From Microthyrium microscopicum (lineage: Eukaryota): a DNA stretch of 64,000 bases. The stretch covers positions 1,871,345 through 1,935,344 of the forward strand of contig MU004237.1 of the NCBI GenBank assembly GCA_010405405.1. The letters are read 5' to 3'. Below the pieces are notes generated by a model, which saw nothing but the letters and a program-made list of their open reading frames with translations, did not search any database and was not told where the DNA came from. The position numbers and the translations under genes are program-made. The first letter of the stretch is position 1, and each line of letters opens with the position of its first letter. Positions 49,683 through 61,363 of this stretch are shown in pieces.

Positions 49683-52064
49683 ATGGCGAATCTTCGAATT
49701 CAAGAGTTTCCCGTCTCCCTCAGAGCTTTGTGTTGGCTCTTTCTACTTAAAATCGTTGATGCCAGCAACTCCAGAATAGGTAAGTCTGGGTAACAGAATA
49801 GAATCGATGACATGCTCACTATTGCAGTGACTACTAACGGGCAAACCCTAACGATGCGCAATCACACAATGTGGAGTAATTTCACACGTTGGTCCACTGA
49901 AGAATTCCCAGATGCGACCACGACTACAGGCTGGGACTGTCGTGAGAGCTACCTGGCCTACTATACCCTTGAGCAGTCCTATGTGGAGATGTTAGCTAGT
50001 CAAAGCAATCTATACACTCAAGAGGTGAGGACAAGCGTATTCGAAACAATTCAGGCGCTAGGGAACAGTACATCAACGTTCAAGGGCTGCGATGGAGTCG
50101 TGAGAGTGAAAGTTAATGGGGACCTGCCGTTATACACGACTAGGACCATCAGCGCGGTCAAGACCTACTTGATGCCACCGTCAAGAGAGATTGTGTTGGA
50201 CAAATCAAACGAGAATGACCCGAGGCGTCCACATGAGCCGAAATGTTCTATGGACCCGGAGCCTTGTGAGCATTTTTGGCAAGAATATTTGTTCGAGCGA
50301 TGGGGCATCAACGCTAAGAACAGCCATGTCCTAGGCTCTGGTCAACGTCGAGTTCCGTCGCGCTGTCTAGATGCCGCAAACTTTAGGCAAGAAAATGGAC
50401 GAAACGCGCGAGGACGGGGACTTCCAATATGTCAAATGAACACCGGTAGCGAAGTTCTCATTCTATACTGGCCATCAAAGATGTCCAGTGATGGCGATTG
50501 TGCTTCAACAGGTAGCCATAGCTCTCGAACGTCATCTATTTTATCCGGATCAAGTTTCTTAGTGGGAAGGTTCCCAAAGGTTCGGTTCTTCAGTACAACG
50601 GCGATTACTTTCCAAGGGAATGACATTCAATTGCGAACAGTCATCGCAAATAACCAAACTACAATTTTCTCGGAGAAGTTTGCGACAAAGTCTGTAATGT
50701 ATGGCAACTGGACCTTCACCTCACCCACAATCTATCTTGCGCATCACCCCATCACATACATGATAGAGACCATACGAATGCACGAAAATGATACCCTGTC
50801 AGTCTTGGGCACAAATTCCAGGGCTTTAGAGACGCGTGCAGCTGGTGTAATACCACTGAGACCTGGTGATGTCTACACTCGAGAACCTATTCGACCAGAC
50901 TACATGACTATTTCTGGCGACGATTACGTCAAGTTAGTGGCTGCCGGAAAATACAACCCTCTTCTGCCCCAATTCATGTCATTTTCAGATCGACTTCTCA
51001 ATCCCAATGACCTTCAGAACCCGGTCCCTGCTAGTGCCTACTACGATGCTCGTTTTGCAGATTGTTGGGGTAAACAGTCACACTGTGGTGCAATAACAGA
51101 TGACAGCTTCCACCCAATTCTTTCCGTCGTGAATGGGGCTTGGGAGGAGATGTTGAATTGGACCGACGCACGACAAAGTACCGCAAGTGAAAGCTACTGG
51201 AGAGACTGCGATAGACCATTCATGGTTGACCCGCCTCTTCTGATACCGATCGAGGAGGTTGACGACCCAAATGCATTGGCAGGACCAAAAGCACCAGCCT
51301 GGGCTGCGACGCAGGCCACACCCGCAGCTCAACATAAGAATCCTGACAGAAACGATGTGATGGGATCAAGCAACAACTGGAGACCCAGTCACCCGCAACC
51401 ACGGCCATGGATTGTTGCTCCAACACCAACACCAACAGGCAAAGCCAGCAGGACCTGGTCGACGAAAGATGATAGACAGGATGGAATGGCTGGAACAAGT
51501 ACCCTGTCGGCGGACAACCGCAAGCTCCATAATTGGATAAAAAACCTGTTGGACCCCATCTGGGTCGGTATAGAGGACAAGCATAAACAAGGAAACAGTG
51601 GCGATAGATTCGCACAGGGCGACTCGGCTGAGCGAGCAGGAAGAGGAAAAGGGTATTTAGATGATCATATGGACAACGGCAGCGACCTGTCTAAGGGTGA
51701 TTCAGATGACCGACGGGTTGGATACTCGACTGGTCAAACGGATAATGGTCACGGCCCATCCAAAGACGATAACAATGGACCAAGGACTGGATCTTCCACT
51801 GGGCAAAGCGAGCATGATAGCGTTTTGTCCAAAGGTGATATAAGCAAACCCAGAGGCGACAACTTTGGTGGCAGTTTCAGTAACGGACGAGAACAGAATG
51901 AAGATAAAGCCACGAACGAGTCAAACGGACCAACATACGACACGAATTCTCATTTTGGCGGTAGGGGAGTGCAAAATGGCGCTAAGAGAACGATCTTGAG
52001 CCCATCCATACATACATCGGCAATTGTAGTTTTATCAACTCTGATACGATTAATACCAAGATAG
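49683..52064 (+). CDS. Uncharacterised secreted/cell-surface protein, possibly GPI-anchored, 2 exons
   Basis: Exon 1 (49683-49779) has a hydrophobic leader; intron 49780-49827; Cys-containing core (TFTSPTIYLA, DLQNPVPASAYY, DCWGKQSHCG, DPP), disordered tail and hydrophobic C-terminus. Confidence 0.7.
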
Positions 52065-52623
52065 TATGCAGTCAATAATGAGAATGACTTGCCAAACAAA
52101 CATACTTTGACATCAAAATCAGCCACGCCAATCGAGGGAGAGTCCCATCGACGATGCATCAAACCAAACACTGAGCAAAATCATAAAACACACATCACAA
52201 ACCATCTAATCGAGGATCCAACAACGCTCAATTCACTATATACAACCCTAACCAATCTCCAAATCCTAAAATAACACAGATTCGCCTTGCTAAAAAACAT
52301 TGGCTCCTTGCGACCTCAAGACAAGAAAGCAGCTCAAGTCCGAAAAGCAGCCCAAGGGTGCGAAAACAAAGCGCCCATATGGCACTGTACAGTAGGTAGC
52401 CTCCGAAGAAAGTTTTTGGTCCCAACGGATATTACCCAGAAAGTATTACAAGCCCATGTCTAGCCCTTCGGGCTAAAACAACTCCAATAGAATGATGATA
52501 TGATGCAAACAGCCTCCGGTATTAGCAGTATTCGACATGCGGGTATTATATGCTGGTTTGAATGATTAAGTCTCTCTCTCGTCCTAGCCTCCAGTAGAGA
52601 GTTGCGGTGTGTGATGGTGAAAG

Positions 52624-52824
52624 TCACATAATCGTACACCTCCTCCTCGCCGCCTTCGGCGCTTCTCCAACCTTCTGCTTCCCCTTATCTCTCCCCTCCT
52701 TCTTCTCCCGTCGCCAAAAGCCACCTGTGCTCCTCTTCCGTCTCCCATCTTCCTCCCCGGACGCCGCCAGCCGCTGACTTCCGCTCCGCTCTGGTCTCTC
52801 CTGCTGGCGCCGTCCGTCCCCGAG
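52624..52824 (-). other. In-frame post-stop extension (66 codons) ending in a CaaX box
   Basis: Frame after the TGA at 52827-52825 reads LGDGRRQQERPERSGSQRLAASGEEDGRRKRSTGGFWRREKKEGRDKGKQKVGEAPKAARRRCTIM* with no internal stop. Confidence 0.55.
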
Positions 52825-54564
52825 TCACCTCTCTCCGCGTCCTCGTTGGTCCGCTGCTGCATCTGCATAGTGGCCTGGGCGCACTACGCCGTGGCCGTTT
52901 AGTGGGCGTTCGGGCTCGGGATCGCGTCTCCGGCCACCTGGTGTGCGTAGTTGTTCGTTGGCGGCGAATTCGACGCGCCGGCCGGATGTGCTGGATCGGT
53001 GGGATTTACTGCTTGGTGTGTAGCCTGGGTCTTTTGGTGGGACTTTTGGGGGTGGTGTTGTTGGGTCGTAGGGTGATGCTGGGTCGCTTGCGCGGCGCGG
53101 GCGGCGGATGGAGGCGCGTTGCGGTGTGCGTGGGAGGGGTTGGAGTTGTTGGGGGCTTACGTGTGTGCTACTAGTTCGGCGGTGGTGGGATGGTGTGCTC
53201 TTTGTGCTTTCGCGGCGGCGCGGAGGAGTAGCGCCGCCGACGGGGCCGCCTTCGATGGATGCTGGGTTGGAGGTGCGGCGGACGCCGGGCGCGCGTATGG
53301 GGCGGGGAGGGGTGGGGAGTTCGGCGGTGGGTGCGGGTTGGGAAGGTCGAGCTGCTGTTGCGGAGGAGGATGCGCGGGAGCGGGATTGGGATTGCGGAGC
53401 GCGTGAGGGTGTTATGTCTGGGATGGGTTGGGTGAGTGGTGGAGTAGTGCTGGTTGATTGGCGTGGAGGAGGGACGTATTGTGGTGGTGGTGGAGCAGCA
53501 TATTCGCGCTGTAGACCAGACGTTGGGAAATGTGAAACTGGCGTTGGACCGCCGGTGGAGGACTCTACGGACTCTGGACCAAAGCGAGGCGTTAGATCGA
53601 GACTCTTCCGTCGCATGATGGCTATGAGATATTGCACCGTTTCTGCTGCGTCTTCAAATGCTTCGTCTGATACGCCCTCCTCTTCGCCATCTTTAAGGTG
53701 GCGTATTGTACGACGTGCTAGCTGTCTAGCCGCTTCATGTTCATGCGCGCAATCCCAAAGAAACGCCGCGTGTTCAAAAGCTGTCGATAATCGCAGAGGA
53801 TGAGCGCCTGGTAATAAAGCTGCTGCTGAGGATTGCGCCGTTTGAAAATAAGTCCTAGCGATTGGGACAAAGTTCCTCGATGGAAGGATGAAACCAGATG
53901 GATACGGTAGCGAAGGCGAAGGTTCGAATCCCGGCGGATAATTCGGTGTAGCATGGACTTGAGGCGGACTATCGCCTGGTGCCAAACCAGCATATGGATT
54001 GGTTAAGAACGAAGCATCGGAAGTAACCGAATTGATCGGGTCGCGCAGAGACGGCTGTTTACCTCTGGAATTCCGCTTAGGCGGTGTCGTATCCTTTTTT
54101 GGTGTCATGCTCTCATAGCCGGATCCCGAGTAGTATTCCTGATATCTGAGATTTGAATCTAGATCCAAGCCAACTGGTACGACCTGTGATGCCCCACTGA
54201 CCACGGTGATGGGCGGATCATTGTGGAACAGGCAGAATATGTGCACAAACGAAGCACGCAACTTTGCGGCTAGCACCTGGCACTCCGGCCCCTCCTGGCC
54301 GTCTTGAGTGTATGGTAGAACATAGGCCTCTAGAAGTGTTAAGCCTTCCTTGGATAGCCAGAGTATGTGATGATATAGTTGTAGGGATCGAGTGTCGCGA
54401 GTTGTATCCAGACGTCGTAGTTTGCGGGCTTTATTGAGTTTACTTCCCAGTAATAGAGAAAGACCCAGTATTTGAAAAAGAGCCTCCGAGACTATGTGAT
54501 TTCGATCATCTGTGAATTGAGCTATTCGACCCAGATATTTTTGGTCGACTTCGGAAGCTGCCAT
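52825..54564 (-). CDS. Divergent 14-3-3-like domain protein with long Pro/Arg/Ser-rich tail
   Basis: AKLRASFVH and LPGAHPLRLSTAFEHAAFLWD resemble 14-3-3 KMKGDYHR and [21 protein letters not shown]; likely start MAASEVDQK at 54564. Confidence 0.8.
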   Translation of the reverse strand: MAASEVDQKYLGRIAQFTDDRNHIVSEALFQILGLSLLLGSKLNKARKLRRLDTTRDTRSLQLYHHILWLSKEGLTLLEAYVLPYTQDGQEGPECQVLAAKLRASFVHIFCLFHNDPPITVVSGASQVVPVGLDLDSNLRYQEYYSGSGYESMTPKKDTTPPKRNSRGKQPSLRDPINSVTSDASFLTNPYAGLAPGDSPPQVHATPNYPPGFEPSPSLPYPSGFILPSRNFVPIARTYFQTAQSSAAALLPGAHPLRLSTAFEHAAFLWDCAHEHEAARQLARRTIRHLKDGEEEGVSDEAFEDAAETVQYLIAIMRRKSLDLTPRFGPESVESSTGGPTPVSHFPTSGLQREYAAPPPPQYVPPPRQSTSTTPPLTQPIPDITPSRAPQSQSRSRASSSATAARPSQPAPTAELPTPPRPIRAPGVRRTSNPASIEGGPVGGATPPRRRESTKSTPSHHRRTSSTHVSPQQLQPLPRTPQRASIRRPRRASDPASPYDPTTPPPKVPPKDPGYTPSSKSHRSSTSGRRVEFAANEQLRTPGGRRRDPEPERPLNGHGVVRPGHYADAAADQRGRGER

Positions 54565-57500
54565 TGCCAAAGAAGCTAATTTAAAATCAGCATTAATCAA
54601 CAGAACACAATTGCGACAAAACGCATTGTGGTAGAATGGGAGGGGTGTAGTTGATATAAGTCGTTTGCATGAACATACCAATGCTTCAAAAGTAGCGAGA
54701 CCACAAACGGCTCAATGCAGAGGCCCGATGTCGAACAAAGGCCTCGCGATTGACCACGAAGGATCCGTTCTCCAGTTGACGAGGAAATGCGGAGGTTTTT
54801 AGAATTGCGATTTGTGATGTATATCAGTCGGGTATTATTGATTGACCAGGGCTGGGATGGAGCTCCAACACTCGTGGCTGCAAGCTCCAGGTTGTATGAT
54901 GTATCAATCGCAAGTCGGAATATATCTCCCCAAATATCGTACAACTAATGCGCAGGCTTGCCAATTACGATAAGTATGAATACAAGCGACGGGGTATCTC
55001 TAGCAAATCAAAACAGATCCAGACTGTACCTTCATTTCAGTTAGCGATCAATACTTCGTACACAAATACTCCACCATGGCGCCTGTCATCAACATCTTCA
55101 ATAACCCAGGACAATGGCTTGAAATCTGATACAGCAATCATCAATGCCGCGCGACAACGCACGTCAATGCTCTTGCGCGCAAGGCGACAGGTCCGTGAAA
55201 GACTCTCCACGAAATTCATCTGCACGAAATTATGACATACCTGGTAGACAAGAGACAAGCTTCAGAAAAGAAGGCAATCAAATGAATGAAAATCGCAAAA
55301 CGGGCCTCCCATTCGTCGGACGCGGTCCAATGGCACGTCGTAGACTGCAGCGTCACTGTTTTATGGACTCCACGCTTTCTCCAACGTCCCTGCGTAGCGC
55401 TCTTTCCGATTTCCCAGCCCTTTTATCGAATGTTCCAAACTCAGACTATTTCGGAGGCTTTATTTATTATGGTTGGCGGGAACGGGGAGCTTTCGTGGTT
55501 GCTGAGGATTCTGATTTGCTGCGAGAGCTTGGAGAAGCTCCTCTAGCTCGAGCCGAGGTGGATTGGGGGTCAGCTCTTCTTCGATGGAGTTGTAGACTCG
55601 GCTTCTACTGCGTCGTCGACTGCTGCGGTGTGACGAGTGGACGGACAACGCATTGCTTGGGCTCGTGGCAGCAAAGAATAGGAATTGGTTGACTGGAGAG
55701 AAGGGAAAGAAGGTTGAAGCTATCACAGACTGTAAGCTTGAGCTAAACGACAACACCAACCCGACGTCGTGGGGATAACAACAAGGGGAGAAGAGCTACT
55801 GACAGGAAAAGCAAAAGTAGTGGAAATAAAAAAAAGGCAAAGCTTCAACCTTGTCAAGTGCAAGTGCAATTGCAAGCGCACAAGTGAACAAGGTCCAGGC
55901 GCTCGGAAAGCAAAGGGGAAAAATCGAGTTTGAATCCTCGTCCTCGAAATGATTACACGCCCTTGTCCTGTCCGTGTCGTGGATGGCGTCTTGTTATTTT
56001 TCTCTTGTCTTCGTCAGAGGCAAGCTCGGCGCTCTAGAAAATGAATCTGGCCGCCCTGTCTAGGATTCTGGATTGAGCAAAGCTGGGCCCTGGATACGAT
56101 CCCTGATAGTGGTAAGGATATCTCGCTACGTAATCCCTTTCTTGCTTCCTTCGCCCAAGGACCACGTCAATTGCCTGCTGACGAGGTTCAATTGAAAGCG
56201 ATAACGAAAGATCGGGAAGCCGTCCAGACAACCAAGCCCAGCCGGAACTGAGAGTCGCGCGAGCCACGCGCTTGGTGTTCAGGTCAGGTACCGAAAATGA
56301 GGCGCACGCGAGGCGTTGAACCAGTCCAGAATTTTGGTGGAGCGGCTAGTCTTTGAGCCTCAAAAGGCGATCCAGGAAAAAGTAAGTGTTCCAGTTGTAC
56401 GGGTTTCTGATGCCAACAAATGGTTAATAACCAATCTTGGGTCCCGGATTTGATTTTTCTGGGGAAATTTGCTGGTGAGATTGGTGATATATTTGGCATC
56501 AACCAGTGGAAGAAGTCAAAGTTGTATTTTGATGTTTCTGAGAATACGGCCGTGGTCGGCGCGTGGCAGTCAATGGGGTTAAAGGTCTTGGAGCTCGAGG
56601 TAGAGTAGAGTAAGCTCCAAAGTTTCGAAACCGATACCTATGCGACTAATGTCATCAATTGACTCAACCCGCCCCCGTAACAGTACCTTAACAATCCGTA
56701 CCAGGCGTTTTTGTGAACAGCGTTGTGTATCGTCAAGAAACGTCTAAACACAATAAAATTCTCCGCACATGCAACGGTCAGGGTAATTGAGTCCACTGGA
56801 TAGACAAAATAAAAGGGTACGGGAGGTAGGTAGTCGATCAGATATCTGCAAGCCTGCCGCAGGCCCGCAAGCTGCAGACGCCTTCTTTAAAGAGAGTCGA
56901 CAATGCTTCAACAAACCTCTTGTCTTCTACACCACCACCACACCCTTTTCACACATCTTGCTTTCTTTAGATTGTCTTTAGCCCTTTGGACCAGCCATTT
57001 TCGTTTAATTCTTGAACAATTCCTTCTCTGCTAACCACCCCAGGACCTCGAGCTTCCCATCTCCTGCGTGGTCCTGCGTCCGGCGCAAGAGCTGCATGCA
57101 CACTCCGTCGAACCGCAGCATGCTACGTGTTCAACCAGTTCCCACGTCCAGCAATCCGCTGCCAGCGTGGCATGCTAGGCGACTGAACCCCAGATCGACA
57201 ACCAGTTCAAATTTTCCTGCCTTTTTTATTATTAGTATGCTTGTTCAGCTAGGGGTTGGTCGAGTGGGTGGTTTGATCGCGGCAAGTTGATCAGTTGGTT
57301 GATGTTTGCCTTGCGGAAGACAGCTTGATAGCTTAGCTGCTTAGCTTTTCTATGTTGGTCTGCTCATATGTCGTGCGCCTTGTGTTTGCTCTGACAGACA
57401 AGCTGGGGTGCTGGCGGCTCTTGTGTGGCATACAAACTCGCCCCAGATTTTCAAGGTGCTGTCAAGATCGCAAGAGTTTGCTGGGTTATTCGTTGGTTCG

Positions 57501-59221
57501 AGTCAAGGGTCGGTCCGGCTCTTCTCTGATCATATCCATGTTCAGGCCAGAGATAATATCGCTCGGCTGGAGAGACTAGGACTTCTAGACGTCACCAATA
57601 TTTGTTCTTGCTTAGCCTCAAGGCTGGAAAAGATGGGTGGTGGGGTCCATTTTGCAAACTGGCGGTGTAGATGGGGGGAAGCTTTAGAATGCAAGTGTGC
57701 ATGAAGCTTGCATACTCCTAATCCCTTGTGAGTAAACAAAGCTATTGCTGCGAACTGTTGGATTTTGTTATCCTGTTAGGGAATGAGATTATGCTCTCGG
57801 AGGAATTGGGCGAAGAATGGGTGGTGTTACGAGTTCGGTAAGCACATGAAGTTACACGCTATGTTGAGTTTTGGAAGGAGCTATCAACTGCTCTAATGGC
57901 GATTTGACAACGACATTGACTATCATGCCGCTTGCATCTAGTCTTGCCATGATCCATAATACCACACTTCTCACACTTCTTTTCTTTTAAAAACTAGGTG
58001 AATCGGAAAACGAGCTAAGCGGTGTATGCTGCTACATTCTCTGAACTACATGCCATTGCCACGGTTATCGATCTCAACTTTAAACTCAAGCACAAGATGA
58101 CGGAACAAGCAATTCGACAAGTTAATTCTGAATGCTTGAACACGAAAGAGCTACTGGATCGCTCGGAATAGTGCAGTGACGACATTCCACAATCCGCTCA
58201 ATATTTACTCCGGACATTGGAAAGACCAGCAACTCAAAAAAAATCACGTAATGAACAACACAGACAGTAGGATCATTCAAATCTAGACTTCCCAGCCATT
58301 GATTATGTGACAGCTGCCGGAACATTACAGAAGCTCTTCACTGATCTCAGACCTACGTCCAAATTCGAGCTCTCCCAGCGAATCATTTCTACTGAAACCT
58401 GCTAGAGCTTACATTTCCGCGTACACAACACACCAGCTGTATTCTTTTCTAGATTCCAACACAATGGTTCCAAGCGGGTAGTGATATCATGTTCGTCATT
58501 GCTGAGAAATTCGTGGCATTCGAATACTCCTAGCCTTCTCCATTTCCAGCCTTATAGAAGAATGGCGGAAATTTGATGTTATGGGCGATGGAGCGGTACA
58601 TTGGATCTTTACTCATCTCATCAATCAGCTGCATTTTTCCAATCCTCTTGTCATCCAAACTCGTGCTCATCTGCTCCCCTGCACCATCAAGTGCAGCTTA
58701 TACGTACAGGCTACTCTACCTTTTACACAGGCCATTTTACTGACATCAGGCTATGTTCACCAACACGCTTACAGTTGAAATTGAAGCTGTTCGGTGATTA
58801 ATTCACGGCAGAGTGGTTCGGCTGACTGAGACAACAGAAATCAAACAGACCATTTGGTCTATTCAGTACAAACAGCCTTGCGTGTGAAGGTGGGTTATGG
58901 AGTGTCGTGGGGGTTCACAACTTGCTGAGCTACCAACTCCATGTATCATTACATGAGAAAACCTTACCCTCTTTTTCCCTTTAGTCTCTTGGTTATCTCC
59001 GCTTTGTATGGTGCCACCATCATTTATTTTGTTTGTTTATGGAATAACAGCGAAAGGTGGTCTGTGTGGCTGGCTCCTGTGATGGTGGAAGGAAAGCGTC
59101 GTGCTAGGGGCGGACAATAGGAGCTTGATGTTACAGTTAATCTTCATCATACAGTGTTTGTTATGGTTGTTGAGTGTGATTTGTGTGCAAGCTGATCAAA
59201 TATGATATTGGTTACGTGGCT

Positions 59222-61363
59222 CTACGCTAGCCTTATGGTTTTCAGACAGCCTTTCTGTTTTATCAGCGAAGCTTTCAGACTAAACGTCCTGCAAGTCCCG
59301 GCCCGCAGAGCAAATCCAGGGTGGTTTTCAACAACCATGAGATAAGTGTAACCAGGATCGTCTTCGCTTTGACCTTTACGGTCAAAGTCTGAACAAATTA
59401 GAAAGAGTTCTAGCGTTCTCGATAACAACAAGTCATATATAGTTCGTTCTGTTCGTATTCCACGATGGACATTAAAGTGGAGGTAGCTCTCATTAAAGAG
59501 CCGGATAGGCGTGGAGTGGTCCATAAATGTGAGATCTCCTGGGTCCACGAAGTAAGCCTCTAGAAGAATGACTGTTGGTTGTATGGCTAGGTTAGGCAAG
59601 TGATTGCTTGGTCGCATCAACGTTTCAGAATAATAAGTTGCAAGATCGATGGGTGGCTGCGAATGTAGTTCGATTTTGATGCTTTGAATCTCACACTCGA
59701 GGATTTCATGCGGCCGAAACAATATCTTGCCCGTCCACCCCATCCAGGACCAAGATGGAATTGAAATGTGGTCTATGGCAGCCAAATTTATATACTTGGG
59801 GATGCCGCTCCACATCAAACACTGTGTGAACGATGTGTAAACTTCTGATTTAGCTGAAAGAGCGGAAGAGTTCTCTGAAGCAAAGCAGCAAGTGCCCCAT
59901 AGTTGATGTATGCCGATCTTCCTGACATGAGCCATGATACCCTGGAAGGCTTTTGGTCTATCTTCCTCATAGGTGAGGGTTCTTTCAGTATACTGCATAA
60001 TGAGGTTCGTGTACATAGTCACTGGCGTTGGCTTGTTCTTGAGGGAATTTCGAGCGTCATTGGGTGGTATAATACCGGAGAATAGACCAGGGGGACACCA
60101 GGAAAAACTGTCACTCATGCCGGGCTTGTGAAGGGCACTGAGATTCGGGGCCATGCTTTCGCAGCAATTCATGGCGTTGCACTCGTAGTACAGTTCACGT
60201 TCAGTGAAGACGAGACGACGTGCTGACAGCACTGCCTCCTGGAAAGTCCATCCCCTTGATGCCCAAGTCGAATCTTGAATCGCTGCTCTTGTCTTCCCAT
60301 CTGCAGGGATTATGCTGAATTTGCCATGCTTTGCAACATGCGCACGCTGCGATCGAGGCGAACCATTGATACCTGGGAGACCAGCATGACAGTCTTTACC
60401 ACTCGCTGCAATAATAGTAACATCGGCGGCTTTGTATATGACATCCATTTGACTGACGAATTTGTGCCTTTCCTCGAGATTATGTTGATCAATGCAATGT
60501 TTGTCGACCCATAGATACCTATGACCAAGGGCCCTGGTAGCATACATTGCGTCGCGGATTGTTCTGCTATACTTTGGCGTGTCCGTGTCAATAGGATCTC
60601 GTCCGACATCCTCTACTGACAGATCTCGGCTTCGTTCACTTGGAGTTCCCCAGACATAGCTCAGAGCTACATAAGCCGTATCTTCGCGCGCAGCAACTAT
60701 GTGGTATGTTTCGCAGTCAATCAGTTTTAAACCTATGCTTAGGTTTTCGCGCTCCTGACAGACGCGGTGATGTGAAGAGCAGAAGTTGAGCCACTCCCTG
60801 GCCTGATCGAAGTTGTCCTGATCAGCCACAATCCGAGGCTTGAATAGCAATGCTTCGTCCCAGTCATCCTTAATTAAATCGAAATAGTCGTATTTATTGA
60901 CGCAAAGGCGACGGATATCCTTTGCTCGAAGCTCATCAGAACATTCACCAAAATTGATAGTCCGATCTCTTTCTAGATATGAGACGAGTGATAACGCGAA
61001 ACGATCATCCCAACTAGTACGACAAAGTAAACACGTTTTGCTAGAATGTTCTCCGATGACTTCAGGAACCAAGATGCTTGAATATTCCCATGGTTGTATC
61101 CGTGATTGTATCAAAGACATATCCACATTAAAGATAAGCTCGAAATCAATCTTCTGACATCGCTCGCAGAGATTACTCCCACCAATTGAGGAGTAAGGAG
61201 GTCTCTTTTGCGTGGTCAGTTGGGCTTCTTCAACGCAATCAGTGTCGTCTTCGGCATCCTCATCAGAGTGTACTGTTAATGGAATATCGGAGCTCTTCAA
61301 AGAGGGGCGATGTCTTTCGTCCGGAGGTAAACGCTCCTCCAAGCCTTTTGCCGGCTCTGGCAT
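59222..61363 (-). CDS. Heterokaryon incompatibility HET-domain protein (713 aa)
   Basis: HET motifs YVALSYVWG, YLWVDKHCIDQ, MDVIYKAADVTIIAA, WASRGWTFQEAVLS, and IPSWSWMGW. Confidence 0.93.
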   Translation of the reverse strand: MPEPAKGLEERLPPDERHRPSLKSSDIPLTVHSDEDAEDDTDCVEEAQLTTQKRPPYSSIGGSNLCERCQKIDFELIFNVDMSLIQSRIQPWEYSSILVPEVIGEHSSKTCLLCRTSWDDRFALSLVSYLERDRTINFGECSDELRAKDIRRLCVNKYDYFDLIKDDWDEALLFKPRIVADQDNFDQAREWLNFCSSHHRVCQERENLSIGLKLIDCETYHIVAAREDTAYVALSYVWGTPSERSRDLSVEDVGRDPIDTDTPKYSRTIRDAMYATRALGHRYLWVDKHCIDQHNLEERHKFVSQMDVIYKAADVTIIAASGKDCHAGLPGINGSPRSQRAHVAKHGKFSIIPADGKTRAAIQDSTWASRGWTFQEAVLSARRLVFTERELYYECNAMNCCESMAPNLSALHKPGMSDSFSWCPPGLFSGIIPPNDARNSLKNKPTPVTMYTNLIMQYTERTLTYEEDRPKAFQGIMAHVRKIGIHQLWGTCCFASENSSALSAKSEVYTSFTQCLMWSGIPKYINLAAIDHISIPSWSWMGWTGKILFRPHEILECEIQSIKIELHSQPPIDLATYYSETLMRPSNHLPNLAIQPTVILLEAYFVDPGDLTFMDHSTPIRLFNESYLHFNVHRGIRTERTIYDLLLSRTLELFLICSDFDRKGQSEDDPGYTYLMVVENHPGFALRAGTCRTFSLKASLIKQKGCLKTIRLA

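Noticed and set aside
52902..53803. Plus-strand Gly/Arg-rich ORFs
   Set aside because: Antisense shadows of the GC-rich Pro/Arg tail of the 14-3-3-like gene.
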